Assembly (NCBI GenBank): GCA_029262175.1
Contig: JAJCZV010000101.1
Span: 17,392-81,391 of the forward strand
Length of the DNA: 64,000 bases
From: Gemmatimonadota bacterium
GTDB lineage: Bacteria; Gemmatimonadota; Gemmatimonadetes; Palauibacterales; Palauibacteraceae
Direction of reading: 5' to 3'
Below the pieces are notes generated by a model. The model was not told where the DNA came from. It did not search any database and saw only the letters and a list, made by a program, of their open reading frames with translations. The stretch's first letter is position 1, and every line of letters begins with the position of its first letter. This document shows positions 35,847 through 44,814 of this stretch, in pieces. A program made the position numbers and the translations under genes.

Positions 35847-37313
35847 CTACGGGATCCGCCGCCCCAATCCGAGCGCGAGGGACAAGGCGGTTTTTCGCCA
35901 GCCCTTGAGAGTGCTCCGTCGGTACGTGTCGGCTGCCCGACGCACCCCCTCGCTCATGGTTGGGTACGCATGCACGAGCGAGGAGATCGCGCCGAGCTTG
36001 ATCCCGTGTTTCATGGCAAGAGCGACTTCGGCGATCAACGACCCTGCGGATGGACCGAGGATGTGTCCGCCCAGGATCCGGCCGCTGCGTGTCGTGACGA
36101 TCTTGACGCAGCCGAAGGCCGCCCGCTCCGTGATCGCCCGATCCAGATTCTCGAGGTCGTATTCGACCGCGCGGACCGAGTCGCCGTACTGATCTCGTGC
36201 TTCTTCCTCGGTCAGTCCTACCCGCGCAAGCTCGGGATCCGAGAACGTGCACCAGGGAATCACGTCGTATTTGATCTTTGCCTTGACCGGGAACAACGCG
36301 TTTTGCAGGACCGTGCGCGCCTCGTGATCCGCCACGTGTGTGAAGAGGAGTCCGCCGGTCACATCCCCGGCGGCAAAGATGTGCTTTTGTGACGTCCTGA
36401 GGCGCTCATCGACCTTGACGCCCCACCTCTCGAACTCGATCCCGGCCGTCTCCAAACCAATGCCTTCAACGTTCGGGCGACGCCCGGTCGCGACGAGTAC
36501 CTCATCCGCTTCGACCGAGCCGATGGTCGGCCCCGCATCGGAATCGTGACTGGCCAAGGTGAGCCGGGCCTTGCCGTCCACGCGCTCGGAACTCTTCACA
36601 GCGACCCCGGTCAGAACACGAATTCCCTCGGCCTCGAGAACGGTCTGCAGGCGTAGCGCTAGATCGGGCTCCTCTTTGATGAGCAGACGTTCGAGCATCT
36701 CGATCAGGGTGACTTCGACCCCCAGGCGCCGGTAGGCCTGCGCGAACTCGACGCCGATGGCGCCGCCACCGATGATGGCCACGCTCGTCGGGATGGAGTC
36801 GCGATCGAACGCCGTCTCGTGAGTATAGAAGCCGGTTTCCTTCAAGCCCGGGATCGGCGGCACCGCTGCCCGCGAGCCGGTCGCGATGACGAAGCGTCTC
36901 GCACGGACGCGGCGATCCCCAACCTCCACTTCATTGCGAGATATGAAACGGCCTTCTCCCTCGATGACGTCAACCCCCAGACGTCTGAAACGCTCCGGAT
37001 CATCATGCTTTTGGATCTGCGCGCGAATGTCTCGAACGCTTTCGAGTATTCTCGCCCCGTCGATCTCGGGAGCCGATTGGGCGATGCCAAAATTGGAAGA
37101 CGTTCGAAGGACGTGGGCAATGTGCGCGGAGCCAATCAGCGCCTTGCTGGGGACGCAGCCCGTCCACAGACAGTCTCCCCCCAACCGGTCTCGCTCGATC
37201 AGCGCCGACGTGGCTCCGAGCCCCGCGGCACCGGCCGCCGTGACGAGCCCGGCGGTACCACCGCCGATGGCAACGATGTCGAATTCGGCGCGGCTCGTGA
37301 GTTGCTTGCTCAA
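35847..37313 (-). CDS. class I pyridine nucleotide-disulfide oxidoreductase (dihydrolipoyl dehydrogenase / mercuric-reductase-like flavoprotein)
   Basis: TTG 37313 has the SD GAGGGGGA. The FAD site is FDIVAIGGGTAGL. The redox CxxxxC is GGDCLWTGCVPSK. The dimerisation motif is HAYPTMSEG. There is no NmerA domain and no C-terminal Cys pair. Confidence 0.85.
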   Translation of the reverse strand: MSKQLTSRAEFDIVAIGGGTAGLVTAAGAAGLGATSALIERDRLGGDCLWTGCVPSKALIGSAHIAHVLRTSSNFGIAQSAPEIDGARILESVRDIRAQIQKHDDPERFRRLGVDVIEGEGRFISRNEVEVGDRRVRARRFVIATGSRAAVPPIPGLKETGFYTHETAFDRDSIPTSVAIIGGGAIGVEFAQAYRRLGVEVTLIEMLERLLIKEEPDLALRLQTVLEAEGIRVLTGVAVKSSERVDGKARLTLASHDSDAGPTIGSVEADEVLVATGRRPNVEGIGLETAGIEFERWGVKVDERLRTSQKHIFAAGDVTGGLLFTHVADHEARTVLQNALFPVKAKIKYDVIPWCTFSDPELARVGLTEEEARDQYGDSVRAVEYDLENLDRAITERAAFGCVKIVTTRSGRILGGHILGPSAGSLIAEVALAMKHGIKLGAISSLVHAYPTMSEGVRRAADTYRRSTLKGWRKTALSLALGLGRRIP

Positions 37314-37458
37314 ATGATCCCCCTCGACTGTCGTTGGTTTGGCGACGTCGAACGGAGGCACCGAAGAGCGGGCCCTTCGACATTTTATGGTGTGGTTCGC
37401 GCCCCGTCCGTCCGAAACGTCCGGCCGTGACAGTGGGATCCGTAAGGACGAGCGGAGG

Positions 37459-38148
37459 TTACAATTTCGCGAACTCTGAGAACCGGGTGCGCACTTTACT
37501 TCCGTCCCCGATGAGGATCGTGTCCGCCATCTCGAGAAACAGACCGTGTTCGACGACACCTGGCAGCGAGGAGAGGATCGCGCTCAGCCGCGGCGGATCG
37601 TCGATCTCCTCGAAGTGACAATCGAGAACCCAGTTGCCGTCGTCGGTGACGAACGGTCGCTGGGGCGCGACATTCCGGATCCTCGTGTCGACGCCCATGC
37701 GCTCGATACGTCTCCTGACCGTCGATGCGGCGAATGGGTTGACATCGACCGGCAAGGGGAATGCCCCCAACCGCTCGACCTCTTTTCCGGCGTCCGCGAT
37801 CACGACGAATCTCCGTCCCGCCGACGCAACGACTTTCTCCCGAAGTAATGCTCCGCCACCGCCTTTGATCAGGTTCCCGCTGGGATCGATCTCGTCCGCT
37901 CCATCGATGACCAGGTCGAGTTCCACAGCATCTTCAAGGCTCACAAGCTGAATCGCGGATCGTCGGGCCAGTTCTTCGGTCGCTTTCGATGTCGGGACTC
38001 CGCTCACTTCCAGGTCGATCGCGACCCGCTCGGCAAGTAGCTCGATGAAGGCCGTGGCCGTACTTCCGCTACCCAATCCCAGTACCATCCCAGTTTCCAC
38101 TAGCTCCATCGCAGCTCCCGCGACAGCCCTTTTTGCCGACTCCGTCAC
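37459..38148 (-). CDS. rpiA: ribose-5-phosphate isomerase A
   Basis: Motifs are GLGSGSTA, VPTS and IDGADEIDPSGNLIKGGGGALLREKVV. GTG 38148 overlaps the pgl stop (GTGA). Confidence 0.9.
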   Translation of the reverse strand: MTESAKRAVAGAAMELVETGMVLGLGSGSTATAFIELLAERVAIDLEVSGVPTSKATEELARRSAIQLVSLEDAVELDLVIDGADEIDPSGNLIKGGGGALLREKVVASAGRRFVVIADAGKEVERLGAFPLPVDVNPFAASTVRRRIERMGVDTRIRNVAPQRPFVTDDGNWVLDCHFEEIDDPPRLSAILSSLPGVVEHGLFLEMADTILIGDGSKVRTRFSEFAKL

Positions 38149-38903
38149 GGGGCTCGGTCGCGAGGCCGAATCGAAAGGCTACGCGCCGCCGACTCGTCCA
38201 CGAGCCAGGAGAGATTTCCCCTACGGGGCCGAATCAGCGCTGCCGGGAGGCTTGCCGTTCCATCCTGACTCAACGCCTTCGCCAACGAATTCGCCTTTGT
38301 TTTGCCGGTGACCAGAAACGCGACACATTCGGCGAGATTGATGGCTTCAGCCGTGAGCGTGATCCTCCACGAGTCGATTTGGGGTACGTGGTGGGCTACG
38401 ACCCACTCGGGCTTCGTGGTAACACGCCCGCTAGCGGCCGTTGTGCCTGGGAACAGAGAGGCGGTATGCCCGTCGGCCCCCAGCCCCAGGAAGACGAGAT
38501 CCAAGCCGAGACGGCCCCCCGGTCTCGAGCGGACGAAGGAGCGCAGGTCATCATCGTAGCACTTGGCCGCGCTGACTGGATCCCCTTCGGCGACGATTCG
38601 GTGAATGTGGTCCGGCGACACGGGCACATGATCGAGCAGCTCGCGCTTCGCGCCCCCGAAGTTGCTGTCTTTGTGGCTCGGTGGTACGCAACGCTCATCA
38701 CCCCAGAAAAAATGGACTTCTTTCCAATTCACGCGCGCCCGCCAGGGATCGGTTCGCAGGGTTGCAAAGAGTCGAGTTGGAGTGGCACCGCCTGAGAGGG
38801 CCACGCCGAAGCTCCCCGTCTCGGCCGACGCTCGAGCGGCCTCGCGGACGAATAGGTCCGCAGCGGCCTCCGCGACATCCGCGGGCGTCTTCAGGACCTG
38901 CAT
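38145..38903 (-). CDS. pgl: 6-phosphogluconolactonase
   Basis: Motifs are GVALSGGATP and WKEVHFFWGDERCVPPSHKDSNFG. ATG 38903 lies just downstream of the zwf stop. Confidence 0.85.
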   Translation of the reverse strand: MQVLKTPADVAEAAADLFVREAARASAETGSFGVALSGGATPTRLFATLRTDPWRARVNWKEVHFFWGDERCVPPSHKDSNFGGAKRELLDHVPVSPDHIHRIVAEGDPVSAAKCYDDDLRSFVRSRPGGRLGLDLVFLGLGADGHTASLFPGTTAASGRVTTKPEWVVAHHVPQIDSWRITLTAEAINLAECVAFLVTGKTKANSLAKALSQDGTASLPAALIRPRRGNLSWLVDESAARSLSIRPRDRAP

Positions 38904-38911
38904 GAACGCTC

Positions 38912-40351
38912 TCAATGATCTACACACCCTGCGTGCCACGCGCGCCCATCCGCAGCAAGAAGCTCGTCGGCGTCAACTGGTCCGTCGCTACCCTGCGCGT
39001 AGTGGGCCAACGAGCCCGTCTCTGGATGATCCCACGCTTCGATGATGGGGTCGAGCAGCTTCCAGGCATGCTCGATCTCGTCACTTCTGGCGAACAGGGA
39101 CGCGTCACCTTGCAGGGCATCGAGCAACAGCCTCTCGTACGCCTCCGGTAGCTCGGCCCGTTCGAAGGCGCTCTGGTAGTGGAACTCGAGATCGACTGGC
39201 TGTGTCTTGGCGCTTTGATCCGGGACCTTCGCATCGAACTGCAGATGCACGCCTTCATCGGGCTGTATGCAGATCGAGAGCACATTGGGCGTCGGGCTTT
39301 GGAAGCTCCCGAACATCTGGTGAGGCGGGCGCTTGAACTCGATCGTGATCGTGCTCGATTTGCTACCGAGGGCCTTGCCCGAACGGAGGTAGAATGGCAC
39401 GCCCTGCCAGCGCCAGCTGTCCACGAGAAGCTTCATCGCGGCGTATGTCGGTGTTCGCGAAGAAGGCTCTACTCCCTCGGTGGCCCGATAGCCTTCGTAT
39501 TGACCACAAACCGTATCGACCGTGAGCAGCGGTCTCGTCGCTGCCAGCACCTTGACCTTCTCGTCGCGAAGTGTCGTGGCGTTGAACGGACTCGGAGGCT
39601 CCATCGCCACCAACGTGAAGAGCTGGAACAGATGGTTCTGGAACATGTCGCGTAGGACGCCGGCTCCATCGTAGTAGTCTGCGCGATGTCCGACGTCCAC
39701 GCTCTCCGATACACTGATCTGCACGTTATCGATGTAGAGCCGGTTCCAGAGGGGTTCGAAGATCGTGTTGGCGAACCTGAGATAAATCAGGTTCTGTGCG
39801 GTCTCCTTCCCAAGGTAGTGATCGATCCGATAGAGCTGCGTCTCCTTAAACACGCTGTGCGCGGCCCGGTTGAGTTCCCCGGCCGATAAACCATCTCGGC
39901 CGAACGGTTTTTCGATGACGAGACGCCGACTCGCGTCGGTCTCCGAACTGAGATCCGCTTTGTCCAGTTGATCGACCACCGACGGAAAGAAGCGGGGCGC
40001 GATCGCCAAGTAGTAGAGTCGGGGGAACGACTCGCCCTCCAGCTCCTCGAGGCGCTTGCGAAGCGTGAGGTACGACTCCGGAGCCGTGAGATCGCCCTGC
40101 ACGTAGCGAAGCAGCGGCGCGAAGGTTGCCCAATCAGCTTCGGGGATCTCCGTGACGAACTCGTCGAGAGCTTCGCGCACGAACCGGCGGAACCCGTCAT
40201 CATCGAGTTCGGTCTGCGCAAATCCCACGATGCCGGCACAGGGTGGCAAACGCCCCTTCTGAAACAGACGAAAGAGTGCCGGCGCCAACTTTCGGCGCAT
40301 GAGATCCCCCGTCGCTCCAAAGACGACGATCGAGCTGCAGGTAGTTTTCAT
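38912..40351 (-). CDS. zwf: glucose-6-phosphate 1-dehydrogenase
   Basis: Motifs are VVFGATGDLMRRKL, RIDHYLGKE and EKPFG. Confidence 0.95.
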   Translation of the reverse strand: MKTTCSSIVVFGATGDLMRRKLAPALFRLFQKGRLPPCAGIVGFAQTELDDDGFRRFVREALDEFVTEIPEADWATFAPLLRYVQGDLTAPESYLTLRKRLEELEGESFPRLYYLAIAPRFFPSVVDQLDKADLSSETDASRRLVIEKPFGRDGLSAGELNRAAHSVFKETQLYRIDHYLGKETAQNLIYLRFANTIFEPLWNRLYIDNVQISVSESVDVGHRADYYDGAGVLRDMFQNHLFQLFTLVAMEPPSPFNATTLRDEKVKVLAATRPLLTVDTVCGQYEGYRATEGVEPSSRTPTYAAMKLLVDSWRWQGVPFYLRSGKALGSKSSTITIEFKRPPHQMFGSFQSPTPNVLSICIQPDEGVHLQFDAKVPDQSAKTQPVDLEFHYQSAFERAELPEAYERLLLDALQGDASLFARSDEIEHAWKLLDPIIEAWDHPETGSLAHYAQGSDGPVDADELLAADGRAWHAGCVDH

Positions 40352-40363
40352 CCGATTCTCTAA

Positions 40364-41272
40364 TCAGCTCGCGTTCTTGATGGCGTGACCACCGAACTGG
40401 TTGCGTAAGGCCGACAAGAGTTTGTCACCGAACGGCTCTGTCTCCCTGGATCGGAAGCGGCGCTGGAGCGCGAGCGAGATGACCGGGATCGCGCAATTGA
40501 GTTCGATGGCTTCCACGACGGTCCAACGACCCTCGCCCGAGTCGGGCACCCAAGCAGCGACGCCCTCCAAGTCCGGATTCTCCTCCAGGGCATCGGCCGT
40601 CAGATCGAGGAGCCATGAACGCACCACGCTTCCGTGTTGCCAAATCCTCGCGATCTGGTGCAGATCCAAGCCGAAGTCCGTCTTGTGACGCATCAGCTCG
40701 AACCCCTCGGCGTACGCCTGCATCAGACCGTACTCGATGCCGTTGTGGACCATCTTCACGAAGTGGCCCGATCCGTTCGGCCCGACGTGTCCCCAACCCA
40801 GCTCCGGCCCCGGGGCGAGCGTCTCCAGGGCCGGACGAAGCCGATCCACGGCCGCCGCTTCGCCGCCGACCATCATGCTGTAGCCTTCGGTAACTCCCCA
40901 AATGCCGCCGCTCGTACCAACATCGACCATGTCGACGCCCGCCTCGGCCAGCTCTTCGGCTCTACGAATCGTATCGCGATAGTTGCTGTTTCCTCCGTCG
41001 ACCAGCACGTCCCCCGCCGATACGAGACTTGCAAGTTCGCGAATCGTTGCGTTCGTGGGGTCCCCCGCGGGCACCATGACCCATGCGACTCGCGGCACGT
41101 CCAATCGATCGACGAAGTCCGCCAGAGAGGTCGCTCCCTCTGCCCCATCGGCCACCGACGCGGCCACCGACTCTGCGCTCAGATCATAGACAACCACCTC
41201 GTGCCCACCACGGAGCAGGCGGGTCACCATGTTGGCGCCCATTTTTCCCAAACCAACCATCCCGATCTTCAT
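40364..41272 (-). CDS. gnd: 6-phosphogluconate dehydrogenase, decarboxylating (short ~300-aa form)
   Basis: The Rossmann N-terminus is MKIGMVGLGKMGANMVTRLL. GHFVKMVHNGIEYGLMQAYAEG is present. The ATG overlaps the HAD stop (ATGA). Confidence 0.9.
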   Translation of the reverse strand: MKIGMVGLGKMGANMVTRLLRGGHEVVVYDLSAESVAASVADGAEGATSLADFVDRLDVPRVAWVMVPAGDPTNATIRELASLVSAGDVLVDGGNSNYRDTIRRAEELAEAGVDMVDVGTSGGIWGVTEGYSMMVGGEAAAVDRLRPALETLAPGPELGWGHVGPNGSGHFVKMVHNGIEYGLMQAYAEGFELMRHKTDFGLDLHQIARIWQHGSVVRSWLLDLTADALEENPDLEGVAAWVPDSGEGRWTVVEAIELNCAIPVISLALQRRFRSRETEPFGDKLLSALRNQFGGHAIKNAS

Positions 41273-42015
41273 TGCGTTTCCTCTCTGGCTTCTCGAATCC
41301 GTTGATCAACGATTTGAAGCAGACGTCTTGGATCATTCACGACCCAGCGCTGGTCCAATAGTTTCTGCGTGCGGAGCGATCCCCGCGTGAACGGCGTGGC
41401 CACTGCAACGCAAGCCATGCCAGCTGCCACTGCTGCTCCCACTCCAGACACCGAGTCTTCGACAACCAGACATTCCGAAGCGGGAACGCCCAACTCATGT
41501 GCGACCAAGTGGTAGATTTCCGGGTTCGGCTTCCCCGCTTCTACGTCGTCTCTGGTAGCCACGAAATCGAAGGTCTGATCCAACTCGAGCACTCGGAGAA
41601 CTCGCTGCGCCTGCGGGCAGTAGGACATGGTGGCAAGTCCGACTCGGCTACACGACCGACGTGCTTGTTCGAGGAGCGAGATGGCGTGTGGCCACCGATG
41701 TTCCAAGAGCACTCGCTCATCGGCTATCAGCCCGCCGTAGATATCGAGTCGTATCTGTACGTAGGCTTGCCACGGCGTGCTCGTGCCGGAATCGGCCATC
41801 GTGGAGGCGGCGGCCGGCTCGAGTTCGAATCGATCCATGAGCGACATCGCCACCTCGCGGCGCGAGAGCCCTACCACGTCCTTGAACGCCTCGACGACCT
41901 CGTCCGGCGAAAGCTCGGGTCGGAGTCGCGATGCGGCGAGCGCGTAGGATCGGGCCTTCAACTTTTCGGTCTGGACGAGCGTGCCATCCAGATCGAACAC
42001 CATGGCTTGGATCAA
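41269..42015 (-). CDS. HAD-superfamily hydrolase (beta-phosphoglucomutase-like)
   Basis: The DxD motif is VFDLDGTLV. Also present are GLATMS, the K in GKPNPEIY, and EDSVSGV. TTG 42015 overlaps the upstream stop; ATG 42003 is an alternative start. Confidence 0.8.
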   Translation of the reverse strand: MIQAMVFDLDGTLVQTEKLKARSYALAASRLRPELSPDEVVEAFKDVVGLSRREVAMSLMDRFELEPAAASTMADSGTSTPWQAYVQIRLDIYGGLIADERVLLEHRWPHAISLLEQARRSCSRVGLATMSYCPQAQRVLRVLELDQTFDFVATRDDVEAGKPNPEIYHLVAHELGVPASECLVVEDSVSGVGAAVAAGMACVAVATPFTRGSLRTQKLLDQRWVVNDPRRLLQIVDQRIREAREETQ

Positions 42016-44771
42016 TTGCCGGCCTCTAGCAATCGAAGGAGCCCAGCGGACGGATCGTGGCCGAGATGGAACGTCAAGACCCTGCGGCCGCCCTCGCGTA
42101 GCGCGGCCGCATCACCCAACGCCTGAGCCATCTTCAACACCTGAAAAGACATCAGGGCATCGTCTGAGCCGGTCGCCTTCGGGATGCCGATGTCCTGCTT
42201 GGCGTCGGAGGTGAACTGTACGAACAGGCCGTTCCCACGATCGCCTTTGTGGAGCTGGCCCGTGGAGTGAAGGAAGCGAGGTCCGTAGCCGCTCGTCGTC
42301 GCAAGCCTGTATCGCTTGCGGATCGCCCGACGGAGCTCGCCAAGAACTTGGTCGGTGGCCTCCGTCGGCTTAACGTAGGCCTGCAGCGATACATAGTCGG
42401 CTTCCGCAGCCTGGTCGAGGAATTCGAAGAGAGCCTCCGAGGTAACGAGAGCGGTTGCGCCGTTCGGTAGTTCTCCGCGCTCGGCGTACTCTGCCACCAT
42501 CTTGCGCGCGAGGATCTTGGCGGCCTCGACATTGGGTTGGTCGAACGGCTGAATGCCGAGTAGGTGACCGGCGATGGCCGTCGCCATCTCCCAAACGAAG
42601 AACTGCGAGCCAATGTCGTAAAACTCGCGGAGGCGGATTCGGATCACCGGATGCCCGGCGGCCTCCAGTGCATCGAGCGCCGAACGGCGGTCGTCGTCGT
42701 CCGGCAAGCTCAGATCCACGAACAACCGATCATCCCCGTAGACGGTTGGCGGGCCGAATTGCTCTCCGACGACGGGAACGATGCCACTGCCGTTCTTGCC
42801 CGTACTCTCCGCGATCAGTTGCTCGACCCAATCCCCAAAGCTGGCGATCTCCGGCGAGGAACTGATGGTCAACTTGTCGCGACCGGCCAATGCAAGCGTC
42901 CCGAGGATCGTCCCGAGCCCGCTCGCATCGTTGTCCCCTTCGACCGGACAGTTGGCGCTCGCCGCGTTGCAGGCCGCTGTCCGAGCGCGATCGAGTAGCT
43001 CCTCGAGGTCCACTCCAACCAGAGCCGCGGGGACCAGGCCGAAGTAGGAAAGAGCCGCGTACCGTCCCCCGATATTGGGGTCGTTGAGGAAGACGTGTCG
43101 AAAGCCGTGGGCCTCGGCGATCTCGACCAAATGGCTACCAGGATCTGTGATGGCCACGAAATGGCACCCGGCCTCGTCCGGACCGACGCGTGCGAGCACT
43201 CGATTGAAGAAGTACCTGAACGCCGAGAGCGTCTCGGTGGTCCCTCCGGACTTTGTTGCGACGATGAAGAGTGTCTTGTTCATCTCCAAACTGGCGCTGC
43301 GCGCCCGGATGGCGTCGGGGTCGGTCGTGTCGATAACGGTAAGATCCAGATGAGCCCGCGAGACGGCGGAGTTTTTTCTGAACATCTTCTCGAACCCCTC
43401 TGGCGCGAGGCTCGACCCACCCATGCCAAGCACGACTACATGCGTGAACCCGTCCACTCTAACCTTGTCGACGAACCGCCGGAGCGGGCCGATCCGACCG
43501 GTCATATTCTCAGGCGAGTGAAGCCATCCCAGCCGGTCGTCGATCCCTTCCGGATCGACGTTCCACACCGTGTGATCGTGCGACCAGATCCTCCGGAGAA
43601 CGTTGTCCGCGCGGACGCCCTCGAGAGCAGCGTCGACCGCGTCACGGTGCGATCCGAGTTCCGCGGCGATCCTCACGGTCCCGTCTCGTAGGGCGCGACG
43701 TTTTTCCGCCACGCTTTGAAGCAGCGTGTCGAATGCCCCCGCAAAGGACGCGACGCCATCTTCCTGCAGTCGATCAGTGATCGCCTTCAAGTCGATACCG
43801 AGTTCGCGGAGACGAACTAAGTCGGCGCGTGCTTCCTCGAGTCCCTGTCCGAGTGTCTCGGCGACCGTGCCGTGGTCGAGGAATCGATCGAGCGTCGCGG
43901 GCGGGACCGTGTTGACCGTGTCGGCGCCGATGAGCGAGTCCACGTACATGGTGTCAGGGTAGGCTGGATTTTTTGTCCCTGTGCTGGCCCAAAGTAATCT
44001 CTGAGGGCGGGCGCCAGCCGCCTCTAGACGATGCCACCGGCTACCGCGCACGATTTCTAGGTAGCGGGCATATGCGACGCGTGAGTTTGCGATCGCAATT
44101 CGTCCTTCGAGCTCGGTCTCGTGGTAGGTCTCGAGCACTTCATCGACTGCAGAGTCGACTCTGCTCACGAAGAAGGAGGCCACGGAGCGAACGGTGCCGG
44201 GGTCACCTCCGGATTCGACTAGCCGCTCGAGGCCCACCACATAGGCGTCCGCTACACTCTCATATGTCTCGGGAGCGAAGATCAGCGTGACGTTGACGTT
44301 GATTCCCTCGGAGATGAGCTGTTCGATCGCCGGGATGCCCGCCGCGGTCGCGGGCACTTTGATCATCACGTTCGGACGGCCGAGGGCCTCGAACAGACGC
44401 CGTGCCGCGCCCACAGTGCTCGCCGTGTCGTCGGCGAGTTTGGGGCTCACCTCGAGGCTCACGTATCCGTCGTCTCGCCCGGAGTGCTCATAGATGGGCC
44501 GGAGCAGGTCCGCCGTTCGACGTATGTCGTCGAGCGCGAGACTTTCGAAGATCTCCTCGTCCGAGCAATCGCTGTCGGCTAGCTTCTGAATCGCTGTGTC
44601 GTAGTCGGCGCTTCCAGCGATCGCCTTCTCGAAGATCGACGGATTCGACGTGACACCGGTGACGCCCCCTTCGAGAAGAAGTTGTAGCTCTCCTGAATCG
44701 ATCAGGGCCCTACGTATGTTGTCATACCAAATGGATTGTCCGAGCTTCTGCAGTTCTTCGAGTTTCGACAT
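42012..44771 (-). CDS. bifunctional transaldolase / glucose-6-phosphate isomerase
   Basis: The N-terminal transaldolase region contains LGQSIWYDNIRR, GVTSNPSIFEKA and MIKVPAT. The C-terminal PGI/SIS region contains VVLGMGGSSLAPE and IVATKSGGTTET. The start is ATG 44771. Confidence 0.9.
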   Translation of the reverse strand: MSKLEELQKLGQSIWYDNIRRALIDSGELQLLLEGGVTGVTSNPSIFEKAIAGSADYDTAIQKLADSDCSDEEIFESLALDDIRRTADLLRPIYEHSGRDDGYVSLEVSPKLADDTASTVGAARRLFEALGRPNVMIKVPATAAGIPAIEQLISEGINVNVTLIFAPETYESVADAYVVGLERLVESGGDPGTVRSVASFFVSRVDSAVDEVLETYHETELEGRIAIANSRVAYARYLEIVRGSRWHRLEAAGARPQRLLWASTGTKNPAYPDTMYVDSLIGADTVNTVPPATLDRFLDHGTVAETLGQGLEEARADLVRLRELGIDLKAITDRLQEDGVASFAGAFDTLLQSVAEKRRALRDGTVRIAAELGSHRDAVDAALEGVRADNVLRRIWSHDHTVWNVDPEGIDDRLGWLHSPENMTGRIGPLRRFVDKVRVDGFTHVVVLGMGGSSLAPEGFEKMFRKNSAVSRAHLDLTVIDTTDPDAIRARSASLEMNKTLFIVATKSGGTTETLSAFRYFFNRVLARVGPDEAGCHFVAITDPGSHLVEIAEAHGFRHVFLNDPNIGGRYAALSYFGLVPAALVGVDLEELLDRARTAACNAASANCPVEGDNDASGLGTILGTLALAGRDKLTISSSPEIASFGDWVEQLIAESTGKNGSGIVPVVGEQFGPPTVYGDDRLFVDLSLPDDDDRRSALDALEAAGHPVIRIRLREFYDIGSQFFVWEMATAIAGHLLGIQPFDQPNVEAAKILARKMVAEYAERGELPNGATALVTSEALFEFLDQAAEADYVSLQAYVKPTEATDQVLGELRRAIRKRYRLATTSGYGPRFLHSTGQLHKGDRGNGLFVQFTSDAKQDIGIPKATGSDDALMSFQVLKMAQALGDAAALREGGRRVLTFHLGHDPSAGLLRLLEAGN

Positions 44772-44814
44772 CTTGGGTCTCCGACCGTTGAATCCGGCCA
44801 ATTAGGTAGATCGT

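Noticed and set aside
35847-37313. Mercuric reductase (MerA) call for the flavoprotein disulfide reductase.
   Set aside because: It has the CxxxxC active site but lacks an N-terminal HMA/NmerA domain and the C-terminal Cys-Cys pair. No other mer genes are nearby. I kept the generic oxidoreductase call.
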